DNA of 64,000 nucleotides from assembly GCA_044337705.1 (NCBI GenBank), contig JBIINB010000002.1, positions 16,920-80,919 on the forward strand. Reading direction: 5' to 3'. Positions 9,708-18,662 of this stretch are shown piece by piece. How positions within the stretch are numbered: position 1 is the stretch's first letter; every line of letters begins with the position of its first letter. This stretch comes from Pirellulaceae bacterium (lineage in GTDB: Bacteria > Planctomycetota > Planctomycetia > Pirellulales > Pirellulaceae). The notes under the pieces were generated by a model that was not told the DNA's origin, did no database searches, and saw only the letters and a program-made list of their open reading frames with translations. Position numbers and translations under genes: made by a program.

Positions 9708-11447
9708 ATGAATCGCCTAAGACCCCGGAACACCCGGCTGTTCGCTCCTAGAGCCTCTTTGGCGCCGATCTGGATTCTTCTTTGTGCGCTGATCGGCTGC
9801 GCTGGTTGTCGCGATACAGCCTCCAGCGATTTGATCGGAATTTCTTCCAGCGTCCAGTCGGCCGAAGCGAACAAGGATGCGATCGAAGAGGCATTCCGAG
9901 ACATCCCGAAAATGATTCTTCTGGAAAGGCGGGTTGCCGTCGGTGAAGTGACCCGGCAGCTGAACAGCTGGTCCACCCGTCAGCCTCCAGAACCAGACTG
10001 GAAGCCGAGCGGACTGATCGAAGGCATTCCATCCCCCCTTCGCAAAAGCTTCTGGGGTATGCAGCTTGCCAGTATGCAGTTTGGCGAGCCGCATTGCGAT
10101 TATCTCTATCAGTGTCAGAGGATGCACTCCATCGTGGAATGGGTGCTGGCCAGACCATATCGCGATCCTCTTTTCGCGCCGTGGCTAGAAAAGAAGAAAG
10201 CAGAGCTGGGTCAAGAAGAGGGAACCCGACTGGAACAGGCGCTAAAGCTTTTCGATTGGACCATCCGCAATATCATGATGGAGGGGGACGCCAAGTCGAT
10301 CGAAACGCTGCCAACCAATCCACAATTGCCGATGGACGACAATGCCGCCGGTTACACTCAGCTACCCTGGCAGACCGCAATCTCCGCGCGAGGTGATGCC
10401 GTCGCAAGAGCACGTGTTTTCCTTCAATTGGCCATGCAGGCCGATCTGCACCCGTGTTGGGTGGCACTTCCTGGCATTACGGAAGATAGCTACCGTCTTT
10501 GGGCGATCGGCATCCCGGTTGGCAATCAGCTCTATCTCCTGGAGCCTCGGCTGGGAATTCCAATGCCGGGACCCGATCAGCAGGGAGTTGCGACACTGGA
10601 GCAGGCGCACTTGGATCCTTCCATCCTTCGGCGGGCCAAGATCGCTGACCTCTTCGATTATCCGGTCTCGGCACCCGATGTCGCCAGGGCCTTCCTGGTG
10701 TTGGATCTGGAGCCGGCGTCCCTCTCGCTACCGATGCAGAGAATGGAATCGGCGCTGACCGGGAAACTGCGTCTGCGACTTGCGGCCGATCTAGATAACT
10801 GGAAGCAGCAGCTGCAGAAAGCAGCACCGGAACGAACGATTCGATTGGGTAGCCTTCCCTGGATGGCACAGCAGTATGCAATCGATTTGCGTGAGCGACT
10901 GAAGGATGTCACGGCTTTCACGGCGCGGTACATGTCGCGCGTCGGGCTGTATGTCGATGACACCCCGGTAACGCGAGCCCGCTTGGCACATCTTTCCGGT
11001 CAATTTGATGGAAATCTGGATGGTGATGGAGCCTTGGGAAGGTACATGGCGCTCCGGATCGACGACGAGACGCTGGATCGCCTGCCTTTTGATATTGAAC
11101 TGCAGAAAAGCCTTCTGATTCGCAGGTTGCCAAACGAAGAGAACGAAGCGTTTCAGCGCCGTGTTTCGCTCTATCAAGGACTGTACCGCCAAAGCAAACT
11201 GGAGGGGAGCCTTTTCCTATCGATGGCTCAATTTGATCTGGGAAACTTCGAAACGTCACAAAGCTGGGCCGACCGCTGGATGCTCAAACAGGAGGGTACT
11301 GAGAGGTGGCATCCGATCTGCTGGTATCTGATAGCAAGAAACCTGGAGCAATCGGGCAAATCGCAGGACGCGGTCGAATGGTATCGCAAGGGGCCTTCAG
11401 CACAGGAGGCCGGCAATCGCATCCGAGCCAGATTGATCAATCCGTGA
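9708..11447 (+). CDS. Lipoprotein of unknown function; possible degenerate transglutaminase-like core plus helical-repeat C-terminus
   Basis: Lipobox LIGC in PIWILLCALIGCAGC. LFDWTIRNI ... RGDAVARARVFLQLAMQADLHPCWV resembles a transglutaminase-like core without the catalytic Cys. The C-terminus (WYLIARNLEQSGKSQDAVEWYRKG) looks TPR-like. Confidence 0.35.
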   Translation: MNRLRPRNTRLFAPRASLAPIWILLCALIGCAGCRDTASSDLIGISSSVQSAEANKDAIEEAFRDIPKMILLERRVAVGEVTRQLNSWSTRQPPEPDWKPSGLIEGIPSPLRKSFWGMQLASMQFGEPHCDYLYQCQRMHSIVEWVLARPYRDPLFAPWLEKKKAELGQEEGTRLEQALKLFDWTIRNIMMEGDAKSIETLPTNPQLPMDDNAAGYTQLPWQTAISARGDAVARARVFLQLAMQADLHPCWVALPGITEDSYRLWAIGIPVGNQLYLLEPRLGIPMPGPDQQGVATLEQAHLDPSILRRAKIADLFDYPVSAPDVARAFLVLDLEPASLSLPMQRMESALTGKLRLRLAADLDNWKQQLQKAAPERTIRLGSLPWMAQQYAIDLRERLKDVTAFTARYMSRVGLYVDDTPVTRARLAHLSGQFDGNLDGDGALGRYMALRIDDETLDRLPFDIELQKSLLIRRLPNEENEAFQRRVSLYQGLYRQSKLEGSLFLSMAQFDLGNFETSQSWADRWMLKQEGTERWHPICWYLIARNLEQSGKSQDAVEWYRKGPSAQEAGNRIRARLINP

Positions 11448-11549
11448 TCGGTCCCGACCATTGCGTCTCTCCCATCGGTCTCCGTGGTGGCTGTCTATAG
11501 CTTTCAGTCGGTCGGTGGATCGCCAGCCACCATTGGTCGCTCAGGAGTG

Positions 11550-12722
11550 CTATCTCCACCAGTCGGCTTGCTGCTTCAGCCATCTTCCTCTCCCTGCAAC
11601 CCACTCCTTCATCCTGCCGACTTGAAGCAACCATCGAACCAGTTTCGAGGTGTATGCCAGAGCGACGAAGAAGAGAAAGAAGTTGAAGATCTGCCGGGGC
11701 CATCCTGGGATCAACGAGTAATAGTAAGGAGTCAGCCAGTCTCGCACCGGCATGTGGCAGAGGAAGACCCAGAGCGTGTTGCTGGCAAGGAAGCGAATCG
11801 ATCGATTTTCAGGGGCGCGGGCCAGTAGGCAAACCACGATGGCGGTGAAAGCCAGATAGAGGAAGGTGATGTGAGTGGATGTCACCAGCGCGCTGATCAA
11901 CTGGGACTTTGTCGGGATGCGACCGAATGGATTCGAGTGGGTGATCCCCAACGACTGCACGATGGCATGGTTGCCCAGCAGCATGGTGGCGGCTAAGACC
12001 GCGATAGGCCAGCTCGCTTTCGGAGGTCCCCATTGGCTCGCCGCGGTGGAAGTCGGGGCGGCCGTATCGAGGATGGAGGCGTGTTCCCCCGCCAGTCTGC
12101 CCATCAGGAAAACGGAGATCCAATTCGTGACGCTCATGTACGCGTTGTAATCTCGCTGGAGCCCTAGCCAGCCAGCCCGTACGAAGATCTCTGTACCCAG
12201 TGCGATTAAAAGAGTGACCCAATTCAAAGGGATCCATCGGAGAAGGACTGCCCAGAGACAAAGCAGATGGAAATACATTCCGACGTACCATGTCGATGGA
12301 TTGGCTGGAAATGCGTTTTCCCAGTAGACGTTCAGGCCGAAGATGTAGGGAAGGTAATTGGATTCCAGCAGGTCACCACGGGTGTACCAGTGGATCAAGC
12401 TGAGAACCATGCAGAGAAAGATACCGAGGTACGCTACTTCGAAGAAGCGTTCGAAAACTACTCGAACGCCGCGTCGCTTTTCATGCGTCAGAGTGAACGC
12501 GGTAGCGAAGATGAAGAAAGCGACACCCAGTTGTTTGGCGTTGATCGGACTGAAGAATCTGGGCAGCATCGATTCGCCCCCAGTATGCCCGAAGAGAATG
12601 AGTTGCATTCCAGCGACTTTCAGCCAGTCGATCCATGGCTGCCTTGGGATGCCATCTTTTCGGCTCGAATCACCGACACCGTGTTGCTGTCTGTTGGTAT
12701 TTGCAAGATGCGCAAAGGTCAT
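11550..12722 (-). CDS. Membrane acyltransferase family 3 (OafA/WecH-like O-acyltransferase)
   Basis: IDWLKVAGMQLILFGH at the N-terminus and about 10 hydrophobic segments. The start at 12722 gives an ATGA overlap with the upstream stop (12719-12722). Confidence 0.75.
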   Translation of the reverse strand: MTFAHLANTNRQQHGVGDSSRKDGIPRQPWIDWLKVAGMQLILFGHTGGESMLPRFFSPINAKQLGVAFFIFATAFTLTHEKRRGVRVVFERFFEVAYLGIFLCMVLSLIHWYTRGDLLESNYLPYIFGLNVYWENAFPANPSTWYVGMYFHLLCLWAVLLRWIPLNWVTLLIALGTEIFVRAGWLGLQRDYNAYMSVTNWISVFLMGRLAGEHASILDTAAPTSTAASQWGPPKASWPIAVLAATMLLGNHAIVQSLGITHSNPFGRIPTKSQLISALVTSTHITFLYLAFTAIVVCLLARAPENRSIRFLASNTLWVFLCHMPVRDWLTPYYYSLIPGWPRQIFNFFLFFVALAYTSKLVRWLLQVGRMKEWVAGRGRWLKQQADWWR

Positions 12723-13378
12723 TTTGAAGCCGACTGCGGGATGGTGTGGAGTGGCTGTGTGACTTCCTGAGGTCGGAGGTGTTTGACAAATCTCGCCGGA
12801 TTTCCCGCCATCATGACGTTTGATGGAACCTCGCTGGCGACAACCGATCCGGCTGCCACCATGGCACCCTGTCCGATGCTGGCGGCAATGATGGCACCTT
12901 CGCCAATCCAAGAGTAAGCTCCCACCTCCGTAGCGATCGGCACCACCTTGTTCGGGGTGATCCAGCGCCCCGAATCGTCCAGAGCATGCAGGTCCCCTTG
13001 GCTAATGATGCTGGCTCGGCTCCCGATCAGACAGCCCTCACGCAAAATGACCGAACCTAGGAGGGCATAGGGACCAATACTGACATTCTCTTCGATCCAG
13101 GATTCCCTCTTGTTGATGATCGCTCCAAATCCGATATGAAAATTCCTCCCGCAACCTTGGATAGTGCCTCGATAGAAAGCCCTTCGAAAACTGATGCCTG
13201 AGTATCCGGGCAGCAACGCAAGCAGCTGACCGAAGGCGCCGAATAGGCGACTGGAATCGGTCCCAGTCCATGTTTCCAGGTTGCTGATGGCGACGAAAGG
13301 AGAAACAAGAATCATCGAAATCAGATCGACGATGGAGCGAAAAATCCGTCGCTCGATACGTTCCGTTCGCATGTTCAT
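12719..13378 (-). CDS. Hexapeptide-repeat (left-handed beta-helix) acyl/acetyltransferase, WcaF/LacA-like
   Basis: Repeated [LIV]G..xx hexads (IGPYALLGSVILREGCLIGSRASI, IGEGAIIAASIGQGAMVAAGSVV) and the C-terminal AGNPARFV. AAGGAG directly abuts the first ATG, so the Met at 13372 may be the real start. Confidence 0.8.
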   Translation of the reverse strand: MNMRTERIERRIFRSIVDLISMILVSPFVAISNLETWTGTDSSRLFGAFGQLLALLPGYSGISFRRAFYRGTIQGCGRNFHIGFGAIINKRESWIEENVSIGPYALLGSVILREGCLIGSRASIISQGDLHALDDSGRWITPNKVVPIATEVGAYSWIGEGAIIAASIGQGAMVAAGSVVASEVPSNVMMAGNPARFVKHLRPQEVTQPLHTIPQSASK

Positions 13379-13393
13379 CTCCTTTTTGTACAG

Positions 13394-14791
13394 CTAGAAA
13401 GAGGATTCGTTGTCTGTTGGAGATGGTCTTGTTCGTAGGATCGGATTTCGGTCCCTCTTAAAACGCTCAGTGACCATCGGGTCGTCTGCGAATAGCAACT
13501 TGGCGGGGATTGCTTCTGCAGGCAGCCGTAGCCGGCAGTGCGATCGCATGCGGCTCTTGAATTCCACCGGCGGCACTTCCAATCGCAGTCGCACCGTCGC
13601 CTGCACGACCTGCCCCATCAGTGGATGTTTCAGTCCCACGACGGAAGCTTCGATCACTTCGGGCATCTCCAGCAGCACGCTTTCCACTTCCGACGGCGAT
13701 ATCTTGGTCCCGCCTACATTGATCAACTCCCCTTTCCGTCCAAGGATACGCATCCACGATCCGCGAACCTCCACTTCGTCGCCTGTGTCCATGAAGCCTT
13801 CTTCATCGACGTGATATGGAGCGTTGAGGTAGCCGACCATAGCCGTCGGCGCTTTGACCCAAAGCCGCCCATCCAGCACTTTCGTCTCGAATCCGGTCCC
13901 ACCGACTTGGATCCACAGCGAGTCGTTTCCCTGAGATCTGGACTGCAGAATCCCAAGTTCTGTAGTGCCGTAAGTCTGAAGCATTTGCACGTGAGTCAGT
14001 TTGGCAGCAACTTGCTGGAGGACGCTTTGGGGCATCGCTTCCGATCCATAGGTCACCCGTTTCAGCGACGAAAAATCGTACCGATCCAGAGCGCCCGAGA
14101 TCACAAGCAGATTCAGGAACGTGGGCGATACCGGAAGCACTTCGACTTGGTGCGATTCGATCGCTGCCGCGACATCATGCGGTGAACGGCTGGCAGGTAC
14201 CACCAGCGTCCCTCCATGGCAGACTGCATAAAGCATGGTGTTAATACCGCCGATGTGGTCCAGTTGCATGAAGCCAAGCATATTACAGGCCGAGCGAGGT
14301 TGATGGTGGCGCTGTTGCAGTTGGTGAAGGTCCTGGACCGCCGCTTTCGGCTCTCCCGAACTCCCAGAAGTGAATAGCACCACACCGGCGTGCTTTCGTT
14401 CTCGAAGCTCCTGATAGCAGGCGGGAATCGGATGATTTGGGTCGCGGATCCGCTTATGGAAGAGGATCCCTCCATCAGGGCGATCCTCAAGACGGCCGCA
14501 GGCCGACGCGATGGCAAGAAGCTTTTCTATCCGTTCCTCCGACGCATCGGGTAATGGGACGGCGACTGCGCCCAATTGAGCGACCGAAAGAAGAGTGCAG
14601 ATCGATTCGATCGTGTAGCGCGCGGGGAAAGCCACGATGGATCGAGAGTCCAGCCCGACCGAATGCATGTCTTCCAGCTTTCGGGCGACCAGACCGGCTA
14701 GCTCATGGTAAGTCACCTTCCTGGTCTGAGAACAGATTGCCAAGCAAGCTCTGTCCCCGTGACGGTTCAGCATGTCGATCCAGTTGACCAT
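13394..14791 (-). CDS. Adenylate-forming enzyme (AMP-dependent synthetase/ligase, short DltA/acyl-ACP ligase-like)
   Basis: LFTSGSSGEPKAAV (AMP-binding A3 motif), YGTTE, TGD..., and GRKGELINVGGTKISPSEVE (A8-A10). The ATG at 14791 overlaps the SDR stop by 1 nt. Confidence 0.85.
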   Translation of the reverse strand: MVNWIDMLNRHGDRACLAICSQTRKVTYHELAGLVARKLEDMHSVGLDSRSIVAFPARYTIESICTLLSVAQLGAVAVPLPDASEERIEKLLAIASACGRLEDRPDGGILFHKRIRDPNHPIPACYQELRERKHAGVVLFTSGSSGEPKAAVQDLHQLQQRHHQPRSACNMLGFMQLDHIGGINTMLYAVCHGGTLVVPASRSPHDVAAAIESHQVEVLPVSPTFLNLLVISGALDRYDFSSLKRVTYGSEAMPQSVLQQVAAKLTHVQMLQTYGTTELGILQSRSQGNDSLWIQVGGTGFETKVLDGRLWVKAPTAMVGYLNAPYHVDEEGFMDTGDEVEVRGSWMRILGRKGELINVGGTKISPSEVESVLLEMPEVIEASVVGLKHPLMGQVVQATVRLRLEVPPVEFKSRMRSHCRLRLPAEAIPAKLLFADDPMVTERFKRDRNPILRTRPSPTDNESSF

Positions 14792-15492
14792 CAACCTGCT
14801 CCACCAAGATAAATCACCTGACCGGTGATGAAACTGCTTTGCGGACGGACCAGGAAATCGACCGCGTTGATCACATCAGCGATGGTGCCCCAGCGACGGA
14901 TCGCCTGTCGTTGGATCAATTGTTCCAGTTTCTCTTCGGGCACCCCGCGTATCAGCTCCGTACGGATGGGAGTAGGTCCCAACGCATTGACCGTGATCCC
15001 CCATGGTCCTAGTTCGTGCGCCACCACACGTGTCCATTGCTCGATCGCCGCCTTGCTCGCGGAGTAGATCGATTCACCCATCAGGCGATAGGGGACCGCT
15101 GCAGTGGAGAAGTTGATCACTCGCGGATTCCTGGACCCGCGCAGCAATCGAATGCAACCCTGGGTGATCTGAGTTGCAGCATGAAAGTTCAGGTCGAACA
15201 TCTCTCGGACTTTCACAGCCGGCTGCAACAGGAAAGGGCTCATCGAGCCACTGCCGGCGTTGTTGACGATGACGTCCAGGGACGATAGCGAACGTCGCAG
15301 CACGCGAATCATTCCCAGTAATTCATCGCTGTTCATCAAGTCGACTTGGTAATGCGTGAATGATGGAGAGGTTACATCTGGAAGGGATCGGGAGCATCCA
15401 TAAACAATCCAGCCCGACGTCAGGAAATGATCGACCAGTCCACGCCCCAGCCCTCTGCTGCATCCAGTGATCAGCACCGTTGGCATCGCCAT
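14791..15492 (-). CDS. Short-chain dehydrogenase/reductase (FabG-like)
   Basis: VLITGCSRGLGRGL (TGxxxGxG), NNAG, and YSASKAA (the YxxxK catalytic motif). Confidence 0.85.
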   Translation of the reverse strand: MAMPTVLITGCSRGLGRGLVDHFLTSGWIVYGCSRSLPDVTSPSFTHYQVDLMNSDELLGMIRVLRRSLSSLDVIVNNAGSGSMSPFLLQPAVKVREMFDLNFHAATQITQGCIRLLRGSRNPRVINFSTAAVPYRLMGESIYSASKAAIEQWTRVVAHELGPWGITVNALGPTPIRTELIRGVPEEKLEQLIQRQAIRRWGTIADVINAVDFLVRPQSSFITGQVIYLGGAG

Positions 15493-15498
15493 CGCCTT

Positions 15499-16008
15499 TC
15501 ATTCGTCACTGCTTTGTCGACCGTCATGGATACCAGGTCTCTGAACCGTCTCGCAGTTCAAATCCTCCGGAAGCATCTCCAGAATGAAGGCGATCAAGGA
15601 CTGCACGGAGCGATAGGGACTGTGTCGACGCGACATGGCTCTGGAATCGCTCAGGCTCAATTCGTATCCGAGGGTCTGGAATGCATCCTCCAAGTCCAGC
15701 ACTAGGGAGACCAGGCCGATGGAATCCAGTGAGCTTCCCTCGCCGAACAGGGGCGCATCCAGGGTCGGGGAAATCCTGACCTCCTCCCGCCGCGACAGAT
15801 TCAGTTGCTGGATGCATTCGACGACGATCGAAGAGACCTCGGTAGGATTCAAGGTGATGCAGCTCCCAAACAGGATGAACAATTCTCCCAGCCACGCCCC
15901 ACCCCAGCGGCGCCTTTCGTTGGAATCAACGTGGGAGAATGTAGAGCCTTCGAGTGGCCGAGCAAGACTAGCCGATCCGCTTTCGGGGGAAATCATGGGT
16001 TCCACCAA
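15499..16008 (-). CDS. Acyl/peptidyl carrier protein-like (start uncertain)
   Basis: GEGSSLDSIGLVSLVLDLEDAF contains the DS phosphopantetheine-attachment motif (Ser codon at 15721-15723). The ORF has 169 codons. An in-frame TTG at 15852 preceded by GGGAG would give about 117 aa. Confidence 0.6.
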   Translation of the reverse strand: MVEPMISPESGSASLARPLEGSTFSHVDSNERRRWGGAWLGELFILFGSCITLNPTEVSSIVVECIQQLNLSRREEVRISPTLDAPLFGEGSSLDSIGLVSLVLDLEDAFQTLGYELSLSDSRAMSRRHSPYRSVQSLIAFILEMLPEDLNCETVQRPGIHDGRQSSDE

Positions 16009-16251
16009 CTCGGGAATGGTGGAATGCCTGATCGAATGGAGGCGATGGCCAGCGAGGATTCAGCGGTCTTCGATCGATGAGGAATCCCGCCCCTCGCCAC
16101 GCGGATTTCTCACTCCCGGCGATGAAAGCTCAGATAGCGTCGGGATCGCGCCGAAACGCCGCAGATGGAGCCACACGCCAGTGCGTGGGATGGCTTTAGA
16201 GTTGCCAGTGGAGTTGTAAGCGGATGGCAGTATGCTGAAACAGGCGGGAGA

Positions 16252-16283
16252 TAAAAAAAGGCGCCTTCTCGCGAAGGCGCCTT
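16252..16283 (-). terminator. Rho-independent terminator after the thioredoxin-like gene
   Basis: Perfect 11-bp stem (16258-16268 with 16273-16283) and a 4-nt loop. A run of 7 T follows on the minus strand (plus strand aaaaaaa at 16252-16258). It lies 25 nt past the stop at 16308. Confidence 0.85.
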
Positions 16284-16307
16284 CATTCGTTTCTCCGTGG
16301 AAACTTT

Positions 16308-17414
16308 CTACTTGCCAGCTTCTTCTTCCAGCTGCTTCAGGAATTCCTCGAGTTGCGGCTTTTCCTGATCGGTAGCAATTTCCAAGGCCTTCCTTTGAGT
16401 CGCCAAGGCTTTTTCCTTGTCGCCCAGTTGGTAATGCAAGTGAGCCACCGTGTCCATCATGCTGGCCTTTGTTCCTTCTTCGGCCTTTTCGACATTGGCA
16501 GCCGCCTGTTCCAGAGCCACTTCCAGTGCCGCCTTGTTGTCGAGGGCACCACCTGCTGCAGCTTCATACAGCATCCAGGCCAGTTGGTTGACCAAGCCGG
16601 CATTCCCGTCAGCCACCTTAAAGGCATCTGTAGTCGCAGTCTGGAACGCTTCCCCGCTGCTGTCCTGCTGCATCAGGATCTGGAACTTGATCATTGTGAA
16701 CTGCATCTTGACCTGTTCATTTTTTGAACTGGCAAGGAATTCATCGATCATCTTCAGCGCTTCGTCCGTCTTGCCGCCCCGCATCAACCCTGCGAACTTG
16801 GCAAGAATCTCCTGGGATTCCTGCTGCTCCTTGAACCGCTCCATAAAGTCTTCGCGATCCCATTTTCCGTCGACGATCTTGGCCAAAGGTTCGTCCATCT
16901 CCATGGGATGACCGATCCATTCGATCTTCTGGTCCTTCCCGACGATGAAGGCGGTGGGAATTCCATTCTGGGATGCTGCCTCCATGAAGTCCTTGCTGCT
17001 GGATCCATCGGGATCGGTGGTCAGGCAGTAGCTGGAGGTCAGTTCCTTGTAAGTAATCTCTTTTTCAGGGACTTCACCCTTGAGGAATTCTTCAACGGTC
17101 TCCAGATCTTCGTCGCTGATGCTGACGATCTGGACCCCTTTGTCCGCAAATTTGCCCTGCAATTCCGCCAAATGAGGCATGCTGGAGCGGCATGGGCCGC
17201 ACCAGGTGGCCCAGAATTCGACGACATAGACTTTGCCGTCTTCGTATTTGGTGACCGGCTTGAACTTGCCTTCGCCGTTTTGAACCCAGTGCTCGACGTC
17301 CAGTTCCGGCGCCTTGGAACCAATCGTCAGTCGCGCGCTCTCTTCAGCTATCAGGGAAGCCTGCACCGAGGCGCTCATCAGTGCCGCAAGTAGCCAACGA
17401 TGGATGTTTCTCAT
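16308..17414 (-). CDS. Secreted TlpA/ResA-like thiol-disulfide oxidoreductase with a helical (TPR-like) C-terminal extension
   Basis: Signal peptide, then VVEFWATWCGPCRSSMPHL (CxxC thioredoxin motif). A roughly 170-aa helical tail follows. Confidence 0.8.
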   Translation of the reverse strand: MRNIHRWLLAALMSASVQASLIAEESARLTIGSKAPELDVEHWVQNGEGKFKPVTKYEDGKVYVVEFWATWCGPCRSSMPHLAELQGKFADKGVQIVSISDEDLETVEEFLKGEVPEKEITYKELTSSYCLTTDPDGSSSKDFMEAASQNGIPTAFIVGKDQKIEWIGHPMEMDEPLAKIVDGKWDREDFMERFKEQQESQEILAKFAGLMRGGKTDEALKMIDEFLASSKNEQVKMQFTMIKFQILMQQDSSGEAFQTATTDAFKVADGNAGLVNQLAWMLYEAAAGGALDNKAALEVALEQAAANVEKAEEGTKASMMDTVAHLHYQLGDKEKALATQRKALEIATDQEKPQLEEFLKQLEEEAGK

Positions 17415-17747
17415 CTTCTACCTCTCTCACCAGGGGCCCAGCCGGCGGGAGCCACTTGCTACCGCACTCCATTATTCTTGGGGCAATCCGCTACGCTGCG
17501 GGATCCCCGGACGGTTTAGGATAGCGGAATTGCAGCTCTGCTTGAAGAGAGGCCGGGCCGCAGGCGTATGTTGAACTGGGGTGTAGGGAGTTGGTGCCGC
17601 GATTTTTCCCATTTTTCGTGAACGCGGCTGGGTCCTTCCAATTGGAAAATCGCCACGGCTTGAAAGCATCTATGACCAGTCCTTGATTCCGAACCGGCTA
17701 TACGGCGACTCCCCGATCGAGGGCACGAGGCCCCTTGGAAATGCCTG

Positions 17748-18518
17748 TCAGCGCTCCCGCCGCGGTTGACGGATCGCACCGCTCCCCTCCGCTCGTGAAT
17801 CCGCACCCCAGGAAGCACCACTGGGAGAACTGGGGAATGCTCGAGCGGGTTGTGTACGCCATCGTAGGTCGACGGCATGAGGGCTGGGGGGGGGAGAGGC
17901 TTGTCCCGTAGGAGACCAGTTCGAATCGGGAATCGTAGCTCCCGCCAGCGGGGTCAGGGGTGGTGCTGGGGATCGAAGCGTCGAAAAGTCGGGCAGGCCC
18001 TTCCCCGGGATGACGCCAGGAGGGAGTTGCGTCTGTCCCACGAGCGGTTGCAAACCGGCGGGCATGGACGACCTTCCGATTCGAGCTGGACTTCGACCGG
18101 CACCAAACAACCCTCCGCTCGCGTCCAAGTCGTTCGATCCCTGCGAATTCAATCCCTCCGAGAGCAGATCGGGAGGCGAGCCGGAGGGGGAGGCGGGCTC
18201 GAGCGATTTTCCATGAGCAATGAAACTGGCGGGCAGTTTCGGAATGTCCCTGGCCAGCTCATCTATCTTGTCGGGGAGACCCCTTGCTGGGTCGATGCGG
18301 TCCACCGAGGGTTCTAACTGCAATTCTGAAGAAGGCGATAAGGTGGCAAGTGGCGTCGACGATTCGCCCGGCAGCGATCGCTCGGAACCGGCAGTCGTAT
18401 TGAGGTCCTGAGGAATCTTTGCTTTGTCCTTCGAAAAAAACAAAATGGCCACCATGGCGCCAAGAGCGATGATGGCGCCACCAAGCATTCTTGGGGGATG
18501 CATGGAAGTCTCGGACAT
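17748..18518 (-). CDS. Single-pass membrane protein with a Pro/Ser/Gly-rich disordered region
   Basis: N-terminal TM segment GGAIIALGAMVAILFF followed by a low-complexity Pro/Ser-rich sequence. No domain recognised, and the C-terminal boundary is uncertain. Confidence 0.4.
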   Translation of the reverse strand: MSETSMHPPRMLGGAIIALGAMVAILFFSKDKAKIPQDLNTTAGSERSLPGESSTPLATLSPSSELQLEPSVDRIDPARGLPDKIDELARDIPKLPASFIAHGKSLEPASPSGSPPDLLSEGLNSQGSNDLDASGGLFGAGRSPARIGRSSMPAGLQPLVGQTQLPPGVIPGKGLPDFSTLRSPAPPLTPLAGATIPDSNWSPTGQASPPPSPHAVDLRWRTQPARAFPSSPSGASWGADSRAEGSGAIRQPRRER

Positions 18519-18662
18519 GCTTCAACCTCGATTCGGCTCTTAGACATGCGTCCGCGCACCTTCTAGGCCATCGGTGGTGACGATCCGCATCGAGAGTATG
18601 CCCCAGGAAACACTGGAGCATGAAGAAAATGGATCGAATTCCGAAGATACCGATCGCAACGG

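Noticed and set aside
15635-16219. 194-aa plus-strand ORF across the start of the carrier-protein gene.
   Set aside because: It is antisense to the ORF that carries the DS phosphopantetheine motif. It has no motifs of its own.
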